Shown: positions 19,427 through 29,330 of the stretch, one piece after another | Position numbering within the stretch: the stretch's first letter is position 1 | Layout of the letters: each line of letters begins with the position of its first letter | Assembly (NCBI GenBank): GCA_026707585.1 | Contig: JAPOWQ010000049.1 | Location: 25,845-89,844 of the forward strand | Direction: 5' to 3' | DNA: 64,000 bases | Source: Chloroflexota bacterium | Lineage (GTDB): Bacteria > Chloroflexota > UBA11872 | The notes under the pieces: model-generated | The model's input: only the letters and a program-made list of their open reading frames with translations | The model's database searches: none | What the model was told of the DNA's origin: nothing | Translations under genes and position numbers: made by a program

Positions 19427-19507
19427 GCCGGGGTGGCGGAACGGTAGACGCACGGGACTTAAAATCCCGGGACTTCGGTCGTATGGGTTCGAATCCCATC
19501 CCCGGTA
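19427..19507 (+). tRNA. tRNA-Leu (anticodon UAA), type II with long variable arm
   Basis: Acceptor stem 'gccgggg/ccccggu' (G1.U72). Anticodon stem-loop 'cggga-cuUAAaa-ucccg'. T-arm 'augggTTCGAAUcccau'. Discriminator A, with no encoded CCA. Confidence 0.75.
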
Positions 19508-19655
19508 CCGCGGATCGGTGGTCAGTGGACAGTCGATGGTGAGTGGCCGTGAAACCCTGCCGTGGTCCAGGCGTTGCACCCTGCACTTGGTCGCGCCCCT
19601 TCCCCCGATCCGCTCGGCCTCTTGGCGTCGCGCCTGAGCGCTGCAAATAACTCAT

Positions 19656-20072
19656 GTGACCGACCGTAAACGCGCCCTCGTCGCGCTCACTGCGCTGGGC
19701 GACGCACTGGTCTTCGTGCTGTTCGTGGCGCTCACCCCCATCGAGCACGGCAGCGTTGAGATCGCGGCCTTCGGGCGCACCGCCCTCCCGTTCGCGGCCG
19801 TCTGGTTCTTCGGGTCGCCCTGGTTGGGCGCTTTTCGCACCTCCACCTTGACCCGCCTGCGCATCGCCGCCTGGCGGGTCCCGCTGATCTGGCTCGGCTG
19901 TGGGATCTTGGCCGTGATGCTGCGCGTCTGGTTGACCGACCGCACATTCTCGTGGGCGTTCACCATCGCCTCCATCAGCCTCGTCGCCGCCCTGCTGGTC
20001 GTCTGGCGCATCGCCCTGATCCTCGCGGCCCGCCGCATCACCCGGCGGCCCAGGCGCAGCCCGCCAGCCTGA
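19656..20072 (+). CDS. DUF3054-like integral membrane protein
   Basis: Four predicted TM helices and a GTG start. The C-terminus is basic. Confidence 0.5.
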   Translation: MTDRKRALVALTALGDALVFVLFVALTPIEHGSVEIAAFGRTALPFAAVWFFGSPWLGAFRTSTLTRLRIAAWRVPLIWLGCGILAVMLRVWLTDRTFSWAFTIASISLVAALLVVWRIALILAARRITRRPRRSPPA

Positions 20073-20327
20073 CGCCCCGCCCGGGACCATCGGTCACCCC
20101 GTCACGCCTCGCGCCTCCGTTGCAAAGGTGTTGAGGCGGCAAGTCCTGGCTGGCCGTGCCGACCGTCCCATCGGATCGTCTGAAACCCACCCGTCTATTC
20201 GGACCTGCGGCGGCCAACCACCGTCCCCGCCCACAGCCCCTCACCGGCGGTCGCGGGCACCCCCCAAAGACCCGCGCCTTGAGCCGCCAGCGGCAACCCT
20301 CATCCACCTCGGCCCGTTTACACTGGC

Positions 20328-20558
20328 ATGGATGCAGCAAGCTGCGGAGCCGGTGTGACGGCCAATCTCAACCCCACCGGAGCGCCCCGCCATACAGGGC
20401 GTCGCTACCTGCCCGAGGGATCGGGCGTCAGCGTGCTCAGCTACGTCCTGGTCACCGCCGTCTTTGTCATCGTCCTGATCGTGGTGCTGACCTCCCTCGG
20501 CAACAGCATCGGCGAGGGTCTGCAAGACCTCGTCGACCAGATCCCCATCAGTCTTTGA
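20328..20558 (+). CDS. Small hydrophobic protein, Flp/Fap-type pilin-like
   Basis: Charged leader, then 'G-VSVLSY' resembling a Flp prepilin G/xxxxEY cleavage motif, followed by a single hydrophobic helix 'VLVTAVFVIVLIVVLTSLG'. It ends 16 nt before the clpC start. Confidence 0.35.
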   Translation: MDAASCGAGVTANLNPTGAPRHTGRRYLPEGSGVSVLSYVLVTAVFVIVLIVVLTSLGNSIGEGLQDLVDQIPISL

Positions 20559-20573
20559 GGAGGCGCCAGGTCC

Positions 20574-23081
20574 GTGGAACGCGAACCCGACGAATACGCC
20601 CCGGTCGAGTATCTCCGCCGCCTCACCGGCCGTGGTCGCCGCGTGATCCAGCATGCCGAGCTCGAAGCCGCCCGCCTCGGCCACGACGCCGTCGGCCCGG
20701 GCCACGTCCTTCTGGCCATCCTCGAGTCTCCCCAAACAGCCGCCGCCCGCGTCCTGCGCGACTCCGGGGTCGACCTGGCGCCGCTCCGCCAGACGCTCGT
20801 CGACACCCTGCCTCCCGGCTTTGCGCGCGACGATGGTCGCCGACCGCTCTCGGCACAGGGCCGCAACGTCCTCCGCTCCGCCGCGCTGGAGGCGGAACGC
20901 ATGGGCGTCCGCTTTATCGGCACCGAGCACTTGCTGCTCGGCGCGCTGGCCAATACCGGTCGCCTGACGTCCAGCGCGCTGGCCGCCGCCGGCGTCGAGT
21001 TCCGCTCGCTTCGCCGTCGCGTCGAAGCGGCCTACCAGCCGGGCTCTCCCGGCCGCGGCCGCCGCCGGCGCGGACGGTGGCGGGGTCGCGGGCGGCGCAG
21101 CAAGCCGCGCAGCATGCTGGCCGAGTACGGCAGCGACTTCACCAACGCCGCTCGCACCGGCGACCTGGACCCCGTCATCGGCCGCCAACTTGAGATGGAC
21201 CGCGCCATCGAGGTTCTGCTGCGGCGCACCAAGAACAACCCGGTGCTCGTAGGCGACGCCGGTGTCGGAAAGACCGCCATTGTGGAAGGCCTGGCCCACC
21301 GCATCGTCAGGGGCGACGTGCCGGCAGAGCTGCTCAATCAGCGGCTGGTTTCCCTCAGCCTCCCCGGCATGATCGCCGGCGCCAAGTATCGCGGCGAGTT
21401 CGAGGAGCGTGTCCAGCAGCTCATTGCCGAGGTCCGCAAGAGCGGTGACGTCATCCTTTTCATCGACGAGCTGCACACGGTCATCGGCGCCGGCGGCGCG
21501 GCGGGTTCGCTGGACGCCGCCAACCTGCTGAAGGGCCACCTCGCCCGCGGCGAGGTCCAAGTCATCGGCGCGACCACCTGGCGCGAATACCGCCGCTACA
21601 TCGCCAACGACAAGAGTCTCACCCGCCGCTTCCAGCCCATCGACGTTGACGAACCCAGCGACGACGACGCCATCGAGATCCTCAAGGCCCTGCGCCCGAT
21701 TTACGAGTCATATCACGGCGTCGAGGTGACCACCGAAGCCGTTGACGCTTCGGTTCACCTGTCGCGCCGCTACGTCACATCGCGCCAGCTGCCCGACAAG
21801 GCCATTGACCTGGTGGACGAGGCCGCCGCCCGGGCCAAGGTGCAGCGCCAGACCCCGCCCACCCGAATTCTCGAACTGCTGCGTCGCATCAAGGAGTTGG
21901 ACGCCGAAATCGCGGCAGAGCCCGAATCGCCGGACGACCCGGCACATCCCCCAGCCGCTAGGCGTCGCGTACGCGACCAGGTCGCTGACGAGCTCCGCGA
22001 CGAACGGGCCGCCTGGGAAGCCGAGGTCGGTATGGACCGCCCCGTCATCACGCCGCACGAAATCGCGGAGGTCCTCTCGTCCTGGATTGGCGTACCGCTG
22101 CCCGCCCTGGCCGAGAACGAATCCGACCGCTTCCTGCACATGGAAGACGATCTGCGCAAGCGTGTCGTCGGTCAGGACGACGTACTCGCCGAACTCGGTC
22201 GCGCCCTGCGCCGGGCCCTGGCCGGCATGCGAGACGAGCGCCGACCGATCGGCTCATTCCTGTTCCTTGGCGAATCCGGTGTCGGCAAGACCGAGACAGC
22301 CAAGGCCTTAGCCGAGTTCGTCAGCGGCACCGACGACAACCTGGTCCGCGTCGACATGTCGGAGATGTCTGAGTACCACAGCATCTCCCGGCTGATCGGT
22401 TCGCCGCCGGGCTACGTTGGCTTTGACGAAGCTGGTGGGCTCACCGAGGCGGTGCGCCGCAATCCGTACTCGGTCGTCCTATTCGACGACGTGGAGAAAG
22501 CCCACCCGCGGACGTTGCAGGTGCTGCTGCAGATCCTGGAGGACGGCCTGCTCACCGACGCCAACGGTCGCCATGTTGACTTCCGCAACACCATCGTCGT
22601 GCTGACCTCGAATCTTGGCGTCGACCAGGTCACGGGGCCGTCCATCGGGTTCGAATCCTCGTCCATCTCCGCGCGCCGCCATACCGCGTACGAAGCCCGC
22701 ATCCGCGAGTACGCCCGCCGCCAGCTTCCTGGGGAGTTTCTGAACCGGCTCGACCGCCTCGTCGTCTTCCGCGCGCTCGAAGAGGAGGACATCCGAGAAA
22801 TCGCACGTCGGACGCTCTCGGACGCCATCCTGCGCGCCGAGAGCCTCGGCATCCGGCTGCACATCACGTCCGACGCGCTGGACTACATCGTTAACGTAAC
22901 CCTGGGGCGTCGAGCCGGAGCTCGACCAATCGCGCAGTTGGTCGGCGAGTACGTTGATCAGCCGCTCACCGACCACGTGATGCAGGATTCCGCGGAGGAA
23001 CGCGAGTTTGAGTTGCGCGTGCAAGACGGCAATCCCGCGGTTGTCGAAACCGCTCCAAGCCCGGCGGGCACTGCCGGCTAG
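20574..23081 (+). CDS. clpC: ATP-dependent Clp protease ATP-binding subunit ClpC (Clp_N x2, two AAA+ modules, short middle domain)
   Basis: GTG start preceded by 'gaggagg'. '[15 protein letters not shown]', '[14 protein letters not shown]' and '[19 protein letters not shown]'. An Arg-rich linker '[21 protein letters not shown]' follows the N-domain. Confidence 0.85.
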   Translation: MEREPDEYAPVEYLRRLTGRGRRVIQHAELEAARLGHDAVGPGHVLLAILESPQTAAARVLRDSGVDLAPLRQTLVDTLPPGFARDDGRRPLSAQGRNVLRSAALEAERMGVRFIGTEHLLLGALANTGRLTSSALAAAGVEFRSLRRRVEAAYQPGSPGRGRRRRGRWRGRGRRSKPRSMLAEYGSDFTNAARTGDLDPVIGRQLEMDRAIEVLLRRTKNNPVLVGDAGVGKTAIVEGLAHRIVRGDVPAELLNQRLVSLSLPGMIAGAKYRGEFEERVQQLIAEVRKSGDVILFIDELHTVIGAGGAAGSLDAANLLKGHLARGEVQVIGATTWREYRRYIANDKSLTRRFQPIDVDEPSDDDAIEILKALRPIYESYHGVEVTTEAVDASVHLSRRYVTSRQLPDKAIDLVDEAAARAKVQRQTPPTRILELLRRIKELDAEIAAEPESPDDPAHPPAARRRVRDQVADELRDERAAWEAEVGMDRPVITPHEIAEVLSSWIGVPLPALAENESDRFLHMEDDLRKRVVGQDDVLAELGRALRRALAGMRDERRPIGSFLFLGESGVGKTETAKALAEFVSGTDDNLVRVDMSEMSEYHSISRLIGSPPGYVGFDEAGGLTEAVRRNPYSVVLFDDVEKAHPRTLQVLLQILEDGLLTDANGRHVDFRNTIVVLTSNLGVDQVTGPSIGFESSSISARRHTAYEARIREYARRQLPGEFLNRLDRLVVFRALEEEDIREIARRTLSDAILRAESLGIRLHITSDALDYIVNVTLGRRAGARPIAQLVGEYVDQPLTDHVMQDSAEEREFELRVQDGNPAVVETAPSPAGTAG

Positions 23082-23099
23082 TCCGATGCGCGTGTCCTA

Positions 23100-23903
23100 G
23101 TGGCGAGATCCGCTCCGCCCGACCGAAGCCAGGGCGGGGCGGTGGTGTGCGGCTTCGCCCAATCCGCCGTCGAGGGCATTCGCAGCGCCGGCCGGGCTCT
23201 TGCCACCGCCCTCTTCCCGCCGCGCTGCGCCGCCTGCGGCCGTCCCGGGCCCGCCCTGTGCCAACCGTGCCTTGCAACCGCGACAGTTCTCGCCCGGCCC
23301 CATTGCCGGCAATGTACTCGCCCGCTCAGGTATGGCGATCAGTGCGCCCGCTGCCGCCACGAAGGACGCCGCGTCGATCACCTCTACGTCCCCTACGCCT
23401 ATACCCCGCCAATCCTCCAAGCAGTCCAGCGCTTCAAGTACGCCAACAAGCGGTACCTCGCCGCCGACCTGGCCGCCCTCGCCATATCGGCTCTTCCACC
23501 TGATCTGCAGGTCGACTTCGTGGTCCCGGTTCCGCTCGCGCGGAGCCGTGAGCGGCAGCGCGGCTATAACCAGGGCCGCCTACTCGCCGCCGAAGTCGCG
23601 CGGCGCCTGGACCTGCCCCTGGATGCCGGCGTCCTCATTCGGCTGCGTGACACGCCGGCGCAAACCTCGCTTCCCCGCGCGCGGCGCATCCACAACGTCC
23701 GCGGCGCCTTTCGCGCGCGGCGCAGATTGTCGGGCGCCCGCATCCTCCTGGTGGACGACGTCACCACGACCGGCGCGACCATCGACGCCGCAACTCGTGC
23801 TCTACGGCGTCGGGGCGCCGTCTGGGTTGGGGCCCTGGCGCTCGCTCGAACTCCCGAGGAGCGTCGTGACGTTCCCTCAAATCCGTCCGATTTACTCCTG
23901 TAG
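23100..23903 (+). CDS. comF: ComF family protein (phosphoribosyltransferase domain, N-terminal Cys4 finger)
   Basis: 'CAACGRPGPALCQPCL...CRQCTRPL' and a PRTase motif 'ILLVDDVTTTGATIDAA'. Confidence 0.75.
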   Translation: MARSAPPDRSQGGAVVCGFAQSAVEGIRSAGRALATALFPPRCAACGRPGPALCQPCLATATVLARPHCRQCTRPLRYGDQCARCRHEGRRVDHLYVPYAYTPPILQAVQRFKYANKRYLAADLAALAISALPPDLQVDFVVPVPLARSRERQRGYNQGRLLAAEVARRLDLPLDAGVLIRLRDTPAQTSLPRARRIHNVRGAFRARRRLSGARILLVDDVTTTGATIDAATRALRRRGAVWVGALALARTPEERRDVPSNPSDLLL

Positions 23904-23976
23904 CGCTGATATACTCCGGCAATCTTGCGGTTGGGAGGCCCGCCCCCCGAGCCGCGTCGTCCCAAGCGCTTAAGGG

Positions 23977-24867
23977 GTGCGCCGGATGGCCGTCAGGCGC
24001 CGCGGCGGAGTGCAAAACTACCCGGATGTCCCGGTGGACCTCTGGGTCACGTGCCGCAAATGCGGCGGCATGCACTACCGCCCAGAGTTCGAGGCCGCGC
24101 TGCGTGTGTGTCCGTCGTGCAACTATCACGACCGCCTCGACGCCGCCGAACGCATCGTCCTTCTGCTTGACGACCCCGGCCATTTTCGTGAGCTCGACGC
24201 CGATATCACGGCCGCCGATCCACTCGAATTCAGCCGGCCCAACGGTTCCTACGTCGACCGCGTGGCGAAGGCCCGCGCCCTGACCTCGCGCAATGAGGCC
24301 ATTGTGTGCGGCGTGGGCCCCCTGCAGGGCCGGCCGGTTGCCCTGGGCGTGATGGAGTTCGGCTTCATCGCCGGGAGCATGGGCTCGGCCACCGGCGAGA
24401 AGATCACGCGACTGTTCGAGCACGCGCTGCGCCATCGCCTGCCGGTCATCACCGTCACGGCCTCTGGAGGTGCCCGCCAGGACGAGGGGCTGTTCGCGCT
24501 GATGCAGATGGCCCGCACGACGGCGGCGTCCGCTCGCCTGAGTGAAGCCGGGCTCCCCCACATTTGTGTGATGGCCGACCCGACCCTGGCGGGAGTCACC
24601 GCCAGCTTCGCGGCCGTAGCGGACATCATTATCGGCGAGCCGGGCGCAACCATTCGCTTCGCCGGGTCCCGCGTGGTGCAGGGCACGCTGCGCCGCCGCG
24701 CACCGGTCGAAGACCACACCGCCGAATGGGTGCTTCGGCAGGGCATGATTGACTTGGTGATCCCGCGCCGCGAACTGCGCGAGACCGTGGCTCGCGTGAT
24801 CGATCACCTTGCCCCGGCGCCTGCGATGGCTGCGGCGCCGGCCGCCACCAGGGCCGCTCGCGTCTGA
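23977..24867 (+). CDS. accD: Acetyl-CoA carboxylase carboxyltransferase subunit beta
   Basis: Zinc ribbon 'CRKCGGMHY...CPSCNYH' plus 'GFIAGSMGSATGEKITRLFEHA'. Confidence 0.85.
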   Translation: MRRMAVRRRGGVQNYPDVPVDLWVTCRKCGGMHYRPEFEAALRVCPSCNYHDRLDAAERIVLLLDDPGHFRELDADITAADPLEFSRPNGSYVDRVAKARALTSRNEAIVCGVGPLQGRPVALGVMEFGFIAGSMGSATGEKITRLFEHALRHRLPVITVTASGGARQDEGLFALMQMARTTAASARLSEAGLPHICVMADPTLAGVTASFAAVADIIIGEPGATIRFAGSRVVQGTLRRRAPVEDHTAEWVLRQGMIDLVIPRRELRETVARVIDHLAPAPAMAAAPAATRAARV

Positions 24868-24882
24868 GCGCGGGGCGTCTCC

Positions 24883-25842
24883 GTGCTTGAATTCGAGCGC
24901 GACCTCGACGAACTCCGCGACCACATCGCTGAACTGGAGCGTGACGCCGGCGCGGACTCAAACTCCCATGTCGCGCGCGAACTCGCCGTCCTGCAGCTAG
25001 AACTTGAGGCGCGCACCGCCGACATCTTTGCCCACCTCACCCCGTGGCAGCGTGTCCAGGTGGCCCGCCACCCGCAGCGTCCCCACACCCAGGACTATAT
25101 TGACCGCCTCTGCTCGGACTTCACCGAACTGCACGGCGACCGCCGCTACGCCGACGATCCCTCGGTTGTTGCCGGACTTGCGACATTCGAAGGCCGCAGC
25201 GTGATTGTCGTGGGCCACCAGAAGGGCCGAAGCACCACTGAAAACGTTGAGCGCAACTTCGGCATGGCCCATCCCGAGGGTTTTCGCAAAGCGCTGCGTC
25301 TGTTCGACATGGCCGAACGCTTTGGGCGGCCAGTTCTGACCTTCCTGGACACGCCCGGCGCCAGCCCGAGCCTTGACGACGAGAAGCGCGGCCAATCCTG
25401 GGCGATCGCCGAGAACATGGCTCGGCTTGCCCGGTTGCGCGTCCCTGTAATCGTCACCGTGATCGGCGAGGGCGGCAGCGGTGGCGCCCTGGCCCTCGGA
25501 GTTGGCGACCGGGTGCTGATGCTGGAACACGCCATCTACTCCGTGGCGTCGCCCGAGGCCGCCGCCGCCATCATCTGGCGGGACTCGGACCACGCCGAGG
25601 AAGCCGCCGTCGCGCTGCGTCTGACGGCACCCGACCTGCTGCGCGCCGGACTCATAGACCGCGTTGTACCGGAACCCGACGGCGGCGCTCACCGAGACCT
25701 CGACGCCGCCGCCACGAATCTCCGCGCCCAACTGGCCCCCATGCTGCAGGAACTCTGCGCCGAGGACATCGACGACCTGGTCAACGCCCGCTACGCCAAG
25801 TTCCGCGCCATGGGCGAACATCAGCACGTGCCAACCGGCTAG
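24883..25842 (+). CDS. accA: Acetyl-CoA carboxylase carboxyltransferase subunit alpha
   Basis: 'TFLDTPGASPSLDDEKRGQSWAIAENMARLARLRVPVIVTVIGEGGSGGALALGVGD'. GTG start. Confidence 0.85.
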   Translation: MLEFERDLDELRDHIAELERDAGADSNSHVARELAVLQLELEARTADIFAHLTPWQRVQVARHPQRPHTQDYIDRLCSDFTELHGDRRYADDPSVVAGLATFEGRSVIVVGHQKGRSTTENVERNFGMAHPEGFRKALRLFDMAERFGRPVLTFLDTPGASPSLDDEKRGQSWAIAENMARLARLRVPVIVTVIGEGGSGGALALGVGDRVLMLEHAIYSVASPEAAAAIIWRDSDHAEEAAVALRLTAPDLLRAGLIDRVVPEPDGGAHRDLDAAATNLRAQLAPMLQELCAEDIDDLVNARYAKFRAMGEHQHVPTG

Positions 25843-25935
25843 CGTCGGGAATTGAAACAGGAAACGGGTGGCCGGACGTCTGGTTGACACGTCGGGGCCG
25901 TCTGCAATTCTGCGGAGACCTGAGAGCACGACGCT

Positions 25936-26793
25936 TTGCCAGCACGCATCTCGTTTTCCAGACGCGCGCTAGACGTGAAGCTCCCGAGGAACGTCTCCCT
26001 GGGCCATCAGGCGCCGCTAACGGTTCAGTATCGGCTGCCCACAGCTCGGCTGCCCACAGCAATCGAGTCGCTCAGGATCCTGCTCGTTACCGACCTGCAC
26101 GTAGGCGGCCGACCGCATGATTCGCTAAGCGCACTAGACCGACTCGCCGACGCTCGTCCCGATCTGCTGATCGCGGCTGGCGACCTGGTGGAGCACGAGC
26201 GCTACACATCCGACGTTGGCGAGCGCCTGGCGCGGATTGACGCCCGCCTGGGCAGCTTTGCCGTCTGGGGCAACCACGATGCGTTGGGCAAGCCGCAGGG
26301 CCAGGTCCCAAGCTGGCTGCGCGACGAGACACGGTCGCTCCCGAATATGGAAGCCGTCCTGGCCGCACACGGCATTGAGACGCTGACCAACCGCTCGGTT
26401 CGTCTCAGCGTCAACGGCGCCCCGCTGCAGATTGTTGGGTCGGGCGATACGCATTTGGGTCTCTGCGACCTGGACGCCGCGTTTGCGGACGCGGACTGCA
26501 GGGTCTTCACGATCCTCGCCGCCCATAGCCCGGACACCGCATTTCAGCTGGAAGCGCACCGCGTGGACCTGACGCTCAGCGGCCATACGCACGGCGGGCA
26601 GATTTCGATTCCTTTCTTCGGCCCACCGACCCTGCGCACGCGCCACCGGCTTCCCCAACCCTCCGGATTGATGTACGTGCGCGGGCGTCCACTGGTTGTG
26701 TCTGCCGGCGTGGGCACGGTGGGCGTGCCGCTGCGCTTCAACGCGCCGGCGGATGTGGTCGATCTACGTTTGGTGCGGGTTGGCAGCCACTGA
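25936..26793 (+). CDS. Metallophosphoesterase (calcineurin-like)
   Basis: 'LLVTDLHVGG...GDLVEHE...GNHD...GHTHGGQI'. Confidence 0.75.
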   Translation: MPARISFSRRALDVKLPRNVSLGHQAPLTVQYRLPTARLPTAIESLRILLVTDLHVGGRPHDSLSALDRLADARPDLLIAAGDLVEHERYTSDVGERLARIDARLGSFAVWGNHDALGKPQGQVPSWLRDETRSLPNMEAVLAAHGIETLTNRSVRLSVNGAPLQIVGSGDTHLGLCDLDAAFADADCRVFTILAAHSPDTAFQLEAHRVDLTLSGHTHGGQISIPFFGPPTLRTRHRLPQPSGLMYVRGRPLVVSAGVGTVGVPLRFNAPADVVDLRLVRVGSH

Positions 26794-27999
26794 CAGGCGG
26801 CTCAGCGCGTCATAGGTGAACTGCCAGAGGGTCCACATGCCCGGCAGGAACGAGCCGAGCAGCACGGGCGGTGACAGGTCGGGCGCGGAGAGTTGCGCGT
26901 GCTGAATTACGTCCAGGACGGCCAACTGGGCGCGTGGCTCCCCGCCCAGTTGGTCGTAGATGCGTCGCGACTCTCGTGCCGGCACGTACAGGTCGCCGCG
27001 GTCGTGCAGCAGCGCCGCCGGAGCTCGTAGGCTGGCGATATGAGCGTCGGGCGAGATTGACTCAAGCACTCCCGGCATCTCGCTACGCACGCGGTCCATG
27101 AGCGTGCCCACCACTGCTGGGTCGCGATTGGTGAAGAGATTGAATACGTGCCGTGCCGCCGGGCCGAGCTTATCCGGGTGGTAGCTAGGCAATGCCTCGG
27201 GGTCCGGGTCCGGCGTCTCCAACGCGAAGAGATGGAACAACGCCTCCTGATCGCGGACGTCCGGAATGGCCGAGAGCAACGTGTTGCGCGTCACCAGCCA
27301 GACATAGCTGTCGGGCTGGTATGGCTCGAACCGGTCGTCAACTTGCACGGTAGAGGTCGTGACGGCCCGCAGCATCGCGTCCAGCGAGTAGTAGGCGCCA
27401 ATGGTCGCAATCAGGGCCACGTCGTCGGCAATCTCGGGGTCGGCGGCGGCAACCATTGCCAGCGATCCCCCCATGCTGAATCCGATGAACCCGACACGGT
27501 CGGGGTCCACGGACGGCCGGTCCTGGAGCACCTGGAAGCCGCGCACGAGGGCGCCGATGTCTTCCGGAAAAACTCGGTAGTTGCCGTAGTCGAGTGCGTC
27601 TGGAACCAGCACCACGAACCCGGTGCGCGCCAACCCGTCCGCAAAGTCCACGAGTGGCTGATATCCGCGGCCCTCCGGCACCACACCGTTGACGAGCAGG
27701 ATGGCCGGCAGACTTGAGGCATCGGATGGTTCATACAGATCCGCCAGCAACTCGTAACCCTCGCGGGTCGTGTAGGCCAGGGTGGTGACGCGGGGCGGCG
27801 GCCGCAACTTGAGCGGCGTGGGCGGGCTTCCCGGAACCACGGACGCCAGCGCCGAGGCCGTACGAAGACCCGGTCCAAGTTCATCCCGGGCGCCGACCAC
27901 AAACCCCAGCGCCGCCAGTGCCAGCCCGAAACCGATAAACGTGCGGGCTGCGATCATTGCTCCGTGCTCAATGGCTTCTGGCGGGCAGACAGCAGCCAC
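26764..27999 (-). CDS. Secreted alpha/beta hydrolase (dienelactone hydrolase/S9-like)
   Basis: Signal peptide 'MIAARTFIGFGLALAALGF' and a nucleophile elbow 'GFSMGG'. Confidence 0.65.
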   Translation of the reverse strand: MAAVCPPEAIEHGAMIAARTFIGFGLALAALGFVVGARDELGPGLRTASALASVVPGSPPTPLKLRPPPRVTTLAYTTREGYELLADLYEPSDASSLPAILLVNGVVPEGRGYQPLVDFADGLARTGFVVLVPDALDYGNYRVFPEDIGALVRGFQVLQDRPSVDPDRVGFIGFSMGGSLAMVAAADPEIADDVALIATIGAYYSLDAMLRAVTTSTVQVDDRFEPYQPDSYVWLVTRNTLLSAIPDVRDQEALFHLFALETPDPDPEALPSYHPDKLGPAARHVFNLFTNRDPAVVGTLMDRVRSEMPGVLESISPDAHIASLRAPAALLHDRGDLYVPARESRRIYDQLGGEPRAQLAVLDVIQHAQLSAPDLSPPVLLGSFLPGMWTLWQFTYDALSRLSVAANPHQT

Positions 28000-28025
28000 A
28001 GTGTGAGCGCAGCACGATTCGCAGG

Positions 28026-28670
28026 CTAGGCATCATCAGCATCTGCCGGGACCAGCGGCAGATTCGTTCGCTCAATTTCGGTTTGCTCGCGTCGGCGCCG
28101 CGACTCATTAATGGTGTCCAGCATTTCCTGGACGCCACCCTCGCCAAAGTAGCCCGACGCGTAACGTACGTAGGTGACCTCGTCGAGGGTGACCAAGCGC
28201 TCCATGACCAAGCCGGCGATGTGCTTCGATGGTACGTCTAGGGTGTCACGACCGAGCAGCTCGTTCTCGATTTCGATGGCGGCCTCGTCTGCCCAGTTGC
28301 TGGAGACTGGGCGCTTCGTCCCGGCGATCATGATCGAGCGATAGAGCTTGCCGCGGTTGAAGGGCTCGCTTCGACCGTCGTCCTTGATCACGCGGATGTC
28401 CATACGCGCCAAACGCTCCAGCGTCTGATAGCCCAGCCCGCAATCAGCGCAGCGGCGGCGGCGGCGCATGGTTCCCTGCGATGTTAATTCCCACGTCTCC
28501 ACTCGCGCTTCGTCGTGTCCACAGTGCGGGCACGTGTAGATTTCACGACGCTCGTAGGTCGTAAAACGACGGCCGCATTCCAGGCAGGCGCGGCGGCGGC
28601 GGGTGGCATCGGCGGCCTCACGCGTGTCTACTACCTGCAATCGTCCTGACGAGCAAGATGGACACCGCAT
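28026..28670 (-). CDS. nrdR: Transcriptional repressor NrdR with a tandemly duplicated N-terminal zinc ribbon and C-terminal extension
   Basis: First ribbon 'MRCPSCSS...RRRRACLECGRRFTTYER'. Second ribbon 'YTCPHCGHD...RRRRRCADCGLGYQTLE'. ATP-cone 'RVIKDDGRSEPFNRGKLYRSIMIAGTKRPVS...'. Confidence 0.8.
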   Translation of the reverse strand: MRCPSCSSGRLQVVDTREAADATRRRRACLECGRRFTTYERREIYTCPHCGHDEARVETWELTSQGTMRRRRRCADCGLGYQTLERLARMDIRVIKDDGRSEPFNRGKLYRSIMIAGTKRPVSSNWADEAAIEIENELLGRDTLDVPSKHIAGLVMERLVTLDEVTYVRYASGYFGEGGVQEMLDTINESRRRREQTEIERTNLPLVPADADDA

Positions 28671-28748
28671 ATCGCGCTTTCTCCGGAGACTCTGCGGGGA
28701 GCCGTATCACGCGCCCACTACATATAGCATGTCAGGGCTCAAGGCCGA

Positions 28749-29225
28749 ATGGGTAGTCGACATCTCTCGGCACAAGCCGACCACCGGCCAAGCAGGAAAC
28801 CAATGTCACACGAATCTGTCGGCCCGCGACGTCTGGCGCCCACGCGTCTCGATCACGTGGCGATCAACGTGCGGGACCTCCACCGGAGCGCCGCGTTCTA
28901 CGCCCGTGTCTTCAACCTGATGCCGCAGGCGCGTTCGACGTTTCGCCACGTACTCTCGGCGCCCGGCTTCTTGCTTCACTTGTTCCAGGCGCCGGCACGG
29001 CGACCGGAAGCTGGCGCCCGCGACTGGCGGCGACTGGGCGTGCAACACGTGGCGCTGGCGTTGGGCGAGGCTGAGTTCGAACGCGCCGCCGAGGTCATTG
29101 TCGCCGCCGGATCGGCAGTCGAGGGACCCACGGAAGACCCCAAGGGTCGTTCCCTCTACTTTCGAGATCCGGATGGCAACGTTATCGAATTGCGCAGCGC
29201 GTGGGATCCAGCCCGAGTTGCGTAA
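28749..29225 (+). CDS. VOC family protein (glyoxalase/bleomycin-resistance/dioxygenase fold)
   Basis: 'LDHVAINVRDLHRSAAFYARVF...LYFRDPDGNVIEL'. The start is probably the internal Met (~28803). Confidence 0.7.
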   Translation: MGSRHLSAQADHRPSRKPMSHESVGPRRLAPTRLDHVAINVRDLHRSAAFYARVFNLMPQARSTFRHVLSAPGFLLHLFQAPARRPEAGARDWRRLGVQHVALALGEAEFERAAEVIVAAGSAVEGPTEDPKGRSLYFRDPDGNVIELRSAWDPARVA

Positions 29226-29330
29226 CACCGCTGCCACGCTCCCGATTGGCGTGATCAGCTTCGTAGCAGCCCATTCCTATAATCGTCCGTCGCGGCGCCA
29301 GGCGCCCGTGATGCCCTGGAGGTCGGCTGC

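Noticed and set aside
19344-20090. 248-aa minus-strand ORF spanning the tRNA-Leu locus
   Set aside because: It overlaps a well-folded tRNA, and its product is low-complexity (G/D/R/P-rich). Spurious.
20156-21560. Long ORFs in alternative frames and strands over clpC (345 aa +, 439 aa -)
   Set aside because: clpC shows unambiguous Clp_N and AAA+ motifs in its own frame. The others are Arg/Pro/Gly-rich artefacts of GC content.
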